A DNA stretch of 64,000 bases from Octopus vulgaris (Eukaryota): NCBI GenBank assembly GCA_951406725.2, contig OX597824.1:69564001-69628000 (forward strand), given 5' to 3'. The translations under genes and the position numbers were made by a program. The notes under the pieces were generated by a model. It was not told where the DNA came from. It saw only the letters and a program-made list of their open reading frames with translations, and did not search any database. How positions within the stretch are numbered: the stretch's first letter is position 1; every line of letters begins with the position of its first letter. Shown piece by piece: positions 53,825-64,000 of this stretch.

Positions 53825-54366
53825 CTTTTAAGCCTGAAGAGAGTAGTATAAAACCGAAAGAAGAGGGAATCTATTACGACCAAAATCAGTGCTTGTTGGT
53901 GACCTGTTCTTTACATTCGGACAACTTGCGCTGTATTACGCACACATTCTCTTATCGCGAATGATCTGAAATAAGAAGTAAGATAACATACCGTCTATTA
54001 GAGATACGACTGGGATACAGGAACCGCCGAAAACGTTGTACAGTTCGGTTAAAATCCAGTTTACTTGAACTGTTTTAATAAAATATGTTTTTTATACTCA
54101 CTGCCAATACTAAGTACTTTATTTTTCAATCACCTTAATATGTATCCCTGATGAGGCAATTGCCTAGTATTTGCGGATGTATGCATATATGCATGTGTAT
54201 TGTATGTGTGTGTGTGTGTGTGTGTGCGTGTTTACTTTTTTTAATCATGAAACTGTGGCCATGCTGGTGCACCATCTTGAATAATTTTAATCGAACGAAT
54301 CGATCTCACTACTCATTGTTCTTAAGGCCTTGGACTCTAATAGACAAACAGACAGACAGATAGTGC

Positions 54367-54448
<82 letters not shown>

Positions 54449-54542
54449 ATTCTTATTCGTCACAACTTCCAGACACTCTTTCTCTATCTTTCTCCCTCCT
54501 ACTACACCTCATTCTTTCTCTCACCTACACACTCTACATGAG

Positions 54543-54595
<53 letters not shown>

Positions 54596-54654
54596 ATATG
54601 CGTGTTTGTGTGTGTATGTATGTATGTATGTATGAATGTATGTATGTTTGTATG

Positions 54655-54704
<50 letters not shown>

Positions 54705-55286
54705 TCACTATATATTTCTGTCTTCGTCGTATCCCCTCCTCTTTCTTTCGTTCTTTCTTTCCTTCATTCATTCATTGCTTCATTTGTTCATTAGTTCTTC
54801 TTTCTTTCACTATGAGTATTTATTTATTCGTCTCATTCACTTTTATCCTTCCTTTTCATTCTTCCATCCAACATTTTGGCTCTCCTATCCAGTTCTTTTA
54901 TAAACAAACACACACACACACACACACAACACGCGCGCACACACACACAAACATACACATACACACACACACAAACATACACAGATATGTACACATACAC
55001 ACCTAAGCGACATCATACACAAAAACAAAACCAAAACACACATAGACTCACACACAAAACACATACTCAAAATGGCCAGGTACAAACGCACACACATATG
55101 CGAGCGCGTACACAAACTCACAAACATATACATACATATATATATATATATATGCAAAGACACACAAATACACACACACACACACACACACAACAGATAC
55201 ACACATATACACACACATACACGCGCGACGTACACAAAATCACAAAGTAAACAACAGCCAGAATCATAGAAACATACGCACACACA

Positions 55287-55363
55287 AACCACCCGCACAA
55301 ACACACAAACATATACACACCCATATACACACAGAAAACCACACAGACATAGCACACGCAGAA

Positions 55364-55394
<31 letters not shown>

Positions 55395-55521
55395 TGCATA
55401 TAGTCTGACATATACACACACACACACACACACGCACTCACGCACACACGAACCACCCGCACAAACACACAAACATGCACCCATATACACACAGAAAACC
55501 ACACAGACATAGCACACGCAG

Positions 55522-55556
<35 letters not shown>

Positions 55557-55596
55557 CATATAGTCTGACATATACACACACACACGCACTCACGCA
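55287..55596. repeat. Tandem duplication of a 164-bp CA-rich unit
   Basis: AACCACCCGCACAAACAC..CATGCATATAGTCTGACATA occurs twice (55287, 55451). Confidence 0.85.
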
Positions 55597-56296
55597 CATA
55601 CACACACATGCTTTCGATGTCTCCTTCTCCTTCTCTCCTAGCAATGTCTCACTGCTATGATTCTCGCCCAAAGAGGCAACTTCAAAGAAACAGTGTTTTA
55701 AAAGTTTTATTAGCTGTTCAGCTAAACTAAGTGTTTATGGCCGCCTGTTCGCAACATTGTGACCGTTCTCATTTCACTTAGCGAGTAATGGCGGCCGGTC
55801 TCATTTTCGCAGCCATCTTAATAATATGCATGTAGCGGTCGTGTTTGTGTCGGTTTGGTCTTAACTGTGCAATGTAATGTAAACTGTGTTTGTGTGTATA
55901 GGTACATGTATGTGTGAGCGTCTGTTTGTGTTTCGTTAGTGCGTTTGTGCGTTTTATGTATTTGCAGCATTGTGTGACTGTCCTCATTTCACTTAGCCAG
56001 TAATAGTGTCCGTCTTCATTTCGCAGCCATCTTGTAATGTGCAAGTAGGGGCCGTTGTTTGTATTGGTTCGAACTGTGTGTAGAAATGGTGTGTGTGTGT
56101 GTGTGTGTGTGTCTGTGTTTGTATCTCTGTGTGTGTATGTGTATGTGTGTGTGCTTGTGTATGCATCTGTGTGTGTGTATCTGTGCGTGTGTGTAGTGGA
56201 GGATGCATTTGTATTGTAATGTGCAAATAGCGTTCATGTTTGTATTAGTTTTAACCTTGTAATGTAAGCGTGTGTGAATATTAGTGATGTGTAAGT

Positions 56297-56330
<34 letters not shown>

Positions 56331-56447
56331 AGAAGTGGTTAGGTATAGGTGTGTATACATATACACACACATACACACTCATAAGCACACAAACGCGTAT
56401 ATAAGTATATATATATATATATACATACACTCACACACAAACACACA

Positions 56448-56529
<82 letters not shown>

Positions 56530-56532
56530 AGT

Positions 56533-57050
56533 GGGTGCAGGTGTGGCTGTGTGGTAAGAAGTTTGCTTTCAACTTACATGGTTCTGTGTTCAGTGGCACT
56601 GCGTGGCACCTTGAGCAATTGTCTTCTGCTATAGCCTCGTCTCAACCAAAGCCTTTGTTAGACGGAATCTGAAGGAAGCCTGTCGAATGTGTGGGTGCGT
56701 GCGTGTGTGTGTATGTGTATGTATGTGTGCGTTTTTGTCTGTGATTGCCTCAACTACCACTTACCAAACGGTGTTGGTGCGTTTACATCTCCGTAACATG
56801 GCGGTTCGGCAAGACAACCGATAGAACAAGCACCAAGCTTTAAAACGTAAGTACTGGGATTGATTCGTTCGTCTACAGTTCTTCAAGGCCGTGACCCAAT
56901 ATTGCGCACACTAATGACGGAAAAAGTAAAAGTTTGACAGCGGCCATGTTGGAGTATCGCTTTAAAAGGTTTTAATCGAAGAAATCAAACCCAAGACTTA
57001 TTCTTTATAAGCCTAGTACTTATTCTATCGGTCTTTTTTTGCTGAACCGC
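56533..57050 (+). mobile_element. SINE family B, diverged, plus an inverted tail fragment
   Basis: GGTGCAGGTGTGGCTGTGTGGTAAG head. Confidence 0.75.
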
Positions 57051-57250
57051 TACATTTTTAGTTTTTCCAACATTTTTAGTTTTTCTTCTTAGAATTTTAA
57101 CCATTCATCTATGACCGAGATATTGTGGGAAATATTTGTGTTAAACAGAACGAGTTTGTTAACAGGGCAAGATATCGAGATAGACTATCTTTAACATTTT
57201 CTATATATATATATAATGTGCCACCCATCCACACCTGTATACACTCTGAT

Positions 57251-57340
<90 letters not shown>

Positions 57341-58119
57341 TGATTGATAGATATATGTACGTGTTTGTGTGTGCATATACATACATGTAGAAGTCCGTAT
57401 AGTACATTATTATATTTATATACTGCTATATGGATTTATGGCATGTTTCAATCCAATTGTTCATGAGTATGCATGACTGTGTCTGTTTGTTGTGTGTGTC
57501 ATATCTATGCAACTGGACATGTGGATATATTTCTACGACTGCGAATGTCTTCGCGTATGTCTGATTGCGTGAATGCATTTGAAGTGTCTGTGCTGTCGGG
57601 GTGTGTAAGATAGGAGAAATATAGAGGGTCAACCAACGATCTATACGTGGGTGACTAACTGTTATGTTTAACGTCTTAGTTACTGTTATGTCGCACGTTC
57701 GGATGCCTTCTACTACTCAACTCTACTGCTACTCTGCTCTCAACTACTCTTGACGTCTAGGCTTCTCCCTATATATCTACGTATTGGGCTAACCTATTTC
57801 ATTGCCTGGGGGCGTAGACACAACAGTTATCCACGTATACATTGTTGGCTTGCAGTATTAATAGAATAAACATTTAATAGAAGTGTACTATACGTAGACC
57901 ATTGCTCCGCAACAATTCTTCCCTTACCGTACACTTATATTCTTTTCAAAATTCGGCGGCACACCTCAACTACAAATATAACTAAAAGTATAGGGGGAAA
58001 ACATTATATTCAGATTATACTGCGGCACACCTGGCATCGTCTCGTGGCACACCCGTGTACTACGGCATACCGATTGCGAAGCACTGCTATAGACACAAGA
58101 CAAGATCAGTAAATTAAGT

Positions 58120-59190
58120 TGATTACATCAACACCAATGCTTGACTGGTACATTTTTCATATAAACCACGAAATGAAACGTAATGTCAACTTCGGCAGAA
58201 TTTGTACACAGAATGTAAAGACGGGTGAAATGTCGCTAAGCATTTTCTTCGGTGTGCCAATGATTCTCCATGTTAATGGAAGTGTAACATTGGTTTCAAA
58301 TTTTGCTACAAGGGTAGTGATTTTCGAGGAGGGAATGAGTCGGTAACATCGAACCCAGTGTTCAAATGGTGCTTATTTTATCGAACGCGAAAAGAATGAA
58401 GAGTAAAACCAACTTTGCCGAAGTTTGAACTCAGAACGTAGAGACAGACAAAATTGCGCAAAGCGTTTTGTCCATCATACAAACGATTCTGCCAGCTCGC
58501 CACATTCATAGAAGCATAATGATCTTTTCTACTGAAGGAACGATACCTGAAATTTTGTGTGTGTGTGGGTGACTAATTTTGTGTGGGGGGTGACCCCAGT
58601 GTCCAACTGGTACTTACTGTATCGGACCCGAAAAGATGAGAAGTAACGCCAACCTTGGCAAAATTTGAAATCAGAACGTAAAGACGGATGAAATGCCACT
58701 AAGCATTTTGTCCTGCGTGCTAACGATTCTTATTTCTTTATTGCCCACAAGGGGTAAAGATAGAGGGGACAAACAAGGACAGACAAAGGGGTTAAGTCAA
58801 TTACATCGAGCCCAGTGAGTAACTGGAACTTAATTCATCGACCCCGGAAGGATGAAAGGCAAAGTCGACCTCGGTGGAATTTGAACTCAGAACGTAACCG
58901 CAGACGAACTACCGCTAAGCATTTCGCCCGGCGTGCTAACGTTTCTGCCAGCTAGACACCTCCATTGAAGTATAATAATGGCTTTAAATATTAGTACAAA
59001 CTCGGCAATTTTTAAGAAAGTAGCTAACTCCATGTCATCGACCCCAGTACTTAACTGGCACTTATTTTGTCAAGCAAAAAAGGATAAAAGGCAAAGTCGA
59101 CCTGGGCGGAAGTTGAACCCAGAACCTAACGAGCCGAGAGATATGCTGCGAAGCAATTTGTCCGACGTGCTAACGATACTACTAGCTGGC
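58120..59190 (-). mobile_element. Array of SINE family A copies of mixed age
   Basis: About five successive family A units of differing divergence. Confidence 0.8.
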
Positions 59191-59611
59191 CGCATTAATG
59201 AAAGCGTTATAAGACAAATGTGGTGCTGCCATAATTTGGCGCAGGTGGGGTGAACTGAGGTGGGAGCGTAGCGAAAAGACTTAGAGTGGGTGTAATGGAG
59301 GGAAAATGGACGAAGATCAGAGAAAGAGCGGGGAAGATGGGAGGCGGGAGATCAAGAAAGAGATACATAATGCATGTAGGGAAGCGAGGGTGGCCGGTGG
59401 TGAAGAGTGTCGGAGTAGTGTTGGTGGAGGGTGATGTGGATGTGGTGGTGATGGTGGTGGTGGTGGTGGTGGTGGTGGTGGTGCCGAGTGTACAGTTGTA
59501 TACCTGCGTATATGTATGTGTACATGACTAAGATGTAATTATGCAGGTGTACTGTTGTGTGTGAGTGCGTATATATGCGAGTGTATGGACACGTAGACGT
59601 ATGTACGATGA

Positions 59612-59689
<78 letters not shown>

Positions 59690-59946
59690 ATACAGGCGTG
59701 TATGCATGCCTGTATATGTATATATATACATATATACATACATACATATATATATATACACACACACAAACATATATATATATATATATGCATGTATGTG
59801 GTTATGTCTGTTATGAGTATCATCATGGGTGCTATATGTTTTTGTGTGTGTTTATATATATATATATATATGTGTGTGTGTATATATATATATGTATATA
59901 TATGTATATATATATGTATATATATATATGTATATATATGTATATA

Positions 59947-60003
<57 letters not shown>

Positions 60004-60163
60004 GTATATATATATATGCATACATATATACATACATATATATGTATGCGTGTGTTCTTTTATGTATGTGTGTGCTTGGATGTATATGTATCTATGACTG
60101 CATGAATTAATGTATATATATATATATATATATATACATTATATACATGTATATATATATATG

Positions 60164-60197
<34 letters not shown>

Positions 60198-60334
60198 CGT
60201 ATGTATATATGTTGACATGCATATATGTGTTCATATACCTTTGTATGTAGGTACATGTGCATATCTGATTCTCTGTGTGTGCAGGGATGTGTATACCTGA
60301 GTATGTGTGCGTACGTTAGTGCGTGTAAATGCTC

Positions 60335-60371
<37 letters not shown>

Positions 60372-60577
60372 TGTGTACGAATGTGTATGTATGTATGAAT
60401 ATATATATATATACATGTGTGTATGTGTGGGCAAATATGTATGTGCATGTGTGTGTGTTTGTGTGTGTCTATGTGTATGTGTGTGTGTGCGGTTGTATTT
60501 CATGCGAATTCTCATGGCATCATTTTCTCATCTTGTATTCTTTGATGGTACTTTATAGCAATAAAAACTGATTGAAT

Positions 60578-60625
<48 letters not shown>

Positions 60626-61003
60626 CACACACACACACACACACACACACGCAAACAGACAAACTCACACACACACGGGGTCTCAGACAAGAGCAAACAA
60701 TTACACACACAAAATGAAAACATAAACGAACAAGAAAACGAGATACAAAGAAGGACCACGACAACAATAACAACAACAACAACAAAAGAATCACACCGGC
60801 AATAACAACAACAACAATAACAGCTATCAGTGACGACACAAACTAAAACGAGGCGAGGAAAAAAATTAACGATGAAAATTCTTAATAACAATAAAAATAC
60901 AATAGAAACCACACACATAAATTAACATAAATGCATATACATACATGTATAAACATATACATATATAATATGTGTATAGACACACACACACACAAACATA
61001 TAC

Positions 61004-61090
<87 letters not shown>

Positions 61091-61317
61091 TATATTCATA
61101 TACATATATATATTTATATAGACATATATATGTGTGTTTGTGTGTGAGTGTGTGAGTGTGTATAAGCCTGTATAGGAACAGGTGTTTAAATACACATATG
61201 CATATTTACAAGCACATATATACACATGTACAAATGCACATGCATATAGAGAGTAAACTATGAAGACGTGTATGTATACACATGCATATACACATAGTAG
61301 AGAGATATACAGAAATA

Positions 61318-61360
<43 letters not shown>

Positions 61361-61379
61361 GTATAATATACATACATGT

Positions 61380-61670
61380 GAAGGCGCATGGCTCAGTGCT
61401 TAGAGCGTCAAGCTTACGATCGTGGGGTTGTGAGTTCGAATCTTGAACCGGGAGCAAGATACTTTATTTCACGTTGCTCCAGTTCACTCAGCTGTAGAAA
61501 TGAGTTGCGACGTCACAGGTGCCAAACAGTATCGGCCTTTGCCTTTCCCTTGGATAACACTGGTGGCGAGGAGAGGGGAGGCCGGTGTGCATGGGCGACT
61601 GCTGGCCTTCCATAAACAACCTTGCCTGGACTAGGTGCAATTCCATGGTCAGTCATGACCGAAGGAGGTC
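61380..61670 (+). mobile_element. SINE family C
   Basis: GAAGGCGCATGGCTCAGTG..CATGACCGAAGGAGGTC. Confidence 0.9.
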
Positions 61671-61972
61671 TCAGCATACAAACGTATATAGATATGCATA
61701 AACGCATATTAGCAGCACTTATTCGTATGCACAAACACATATATGCATCTCAGGGACACATATATATATTTATATATAAATGCATATATATATATGTACA
61801 TACGAGTACACACGCACAGACCCATACACACACACAGACACACACACTCACACACACATACATGTGCGTGTGTTTGTTAACATGTAGAAACATACACACT
61901 CATACACGTACAATATATATGTACACATATATATGTGTGTATGTTTATGTGTGTGTGTATATATATGTATAT

Positions 61973-62062
<90 letters not shown>

Positions 62063-62615
62063 AACAATTATAAAGACGTACGTGAGTATATGCGTATGTT
62101 AGTACATATGTAGACATATGTGCATATATGTATGAACACAAATACAGGAAAAGAATCTTCGTCCATTTCTTCGATTCAGTCCCACGATCAACTTAACTTC
62201 TTACCCTCTCAATTAACTTTTAAGCGGTTGAATATACTGTGGTTATGGTTACTTATAATTTAATGCTCTGTGAGAATAGGCATGACGCATACGTGTGACA
62301 ACGCTGGACCTTTAAATTATAAGTATAATCCATCAGATTATCCAACGGATTATTCTAACGTGCTTTCCGTTTCCACACACAAAACAGAAGCTATAATGAA
62401 ATATATTTTTCCAAGATGCGATGGAATGGGATCGAATCCGGGTCGTCGTGGTAGCGAAGCGCACTCAGTAATCATTGGCTATGCTATTTCCATAAACCCA
62501 TATATATATATAGAGAGAGAGACGTGTAGATAACTAAACAACAAGGAATCAATGACAAATAGTGTCGTGACTTACCAAATCAAACATGTTATTAACTTAA
62601 GATGTTAAGTGCTAA

Positions 62616-63010
62616 GGGCGGCGAGCTGGCAGAAACGTTAGCACGCCGGGTGAAAAGCGTAGCCGTATTTCGTCTGCCGTTACGTTCTGAGTTCAAATTC
62701 CGCCGAGGTCGACTTTGCCTTTCATTCTTTCGGCGTCGATAAATTAAGTACCAGTTACGCACTGTGGTCGATGTAATCGACTTAATACGTTTGTCTGTCC
62801 TTGTTTGTCCCTTCTGTTTGCCCCTTGTGGTTAGTAAAGAAATAGGTTTTTCGTCTGTCTTTACATTCTGAGTTCAAATTCCGCCGATGTCGACTTTACC
62901 TTTTATCCTTTCGGGGTCGATAAGTTAAGTACCAGCTGAGTACTGGGGTCGATGTAATCAACTGGCCCCTTCCCCAAAAATGTCAAGCCTTGTGCCTATA
63001 GTAGAAAATA
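62616..63010 (+). mobile_element. Tandem SINE family A
   Basis: GGCGGCGAGCTGGCAGAAACGTTAGCACGCCGGG head plus a second internal-start unit. Confidence 0.9.
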
Positions 63011-63061
63011 TTGTTACTATTGTTAGAGGCATTCCCTATGTATGCCGACTTTTGAAGCACC

Positions 63062-63169
<108 letters not shown>

Positions 63170-63181
63170 GTATATATATAC

Positions 63182-63241
<60 letters not shown>

Positions 63242-63504
63242 GTATGTGTGTTTGCGTGCATGTATGCAAGTACGTATATATGTATATCTTTGTTACGGCA
63301 TGACTGCTAGGTAGCAGATATACCCGTGTAAGTGTTTTAAGTCGGGTGTAGCTTGCACAACATCGCAACTACTCTCATTAGCAATACGAAGAAACACGGA
63401 GACAATCAAAGTGCAAGATATCCGGCTCAGCAGAGTAGCGGGTTTTATATACAAGTTAGCCTTCTATCTTACAGGAATGCCTTCATAAAGACCAGAGTTG
63501 TAAC

Positions 63505-64000
63505 AACAGACTACACGACAGCATAATGCATTTTACAATATCACAGCATACTACACAAAATCGCATACTATCACGGCATCACAACACACTACACAACACC
63601 AGAGTTCACTACACAACGTCACAACACTCTACACATCACAACATAACGCAATACTTAACAGAACACACTTCACAATACAACAGATTACACAACATCACAA
63701 CACACTACACAATGTGACAACACACTACACAACACCTCAACAAACTACACAACATCACAGCATACTACACTACACCACAATACACTACACAGCAACACAA
63801 CACAGTAGATGACATCATAATACACTAAACAATTCACTACACAACGGCTCAATACAACACACTACACAACATAACACACTGCACGATATAACAACACACT
63901 ATACAACACTACAACACACTATACAAAATCGCAACACACAACATAACACCAGAACGCACTACAAAAAATAACAACACACCACATAACATAACAACGCACT
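63505..64000. repeat. Degenerate pentanucleotide satellite (CACAA/CACTA/CATCA)
   Basis: Direct reading. Runs off the window end. Confidence 0.85.

Noticed and set aside
53828-53865. CUGAAGA-GAGU..ACC-GAAA (mirrored at 53085-53118)
   Set aside because: Imperfect stem II and no stem III palindrome or stem I complementarity in either copy.

Overview
AT-rich, repeat-saturated eukaryotic DNA. The SINE families and microsatellite load look like an octopus/cephalopod genome (inference from pattern recognition, not a search). I find no supportable intact protein-coding gene: almost all ORFs in the track are translations of (TA)n, (CA)n, (TACA)n, (GATA)n, (AAT)n, (CAT)n or (ACC)n repeats. Real content is three or four tRNA-derived SINE families, decayed mariner, R4/Dong-like, CR1-like, Tx1-like and Penelope-like (PLE) fragments, two complete non-autonomous Helitrons and several MITEs. 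The main hidden signal is a set of type I hammerhead ribozyme (HHR) motifs: eight complete or near-complete copies plus truncated and decayed ones, in about six unrelated sequence contexts. They sit in PLE-type terminal-repeat-like elements next to (TA)n tracts, several inside fold-back inverted repeats. Most contexts have their own palindromic stem III, and three have unusually long stem II insertions. The window also holds a mosaic inverted duplication and an inverted templated insertion. All alignments and folds were done by eye.
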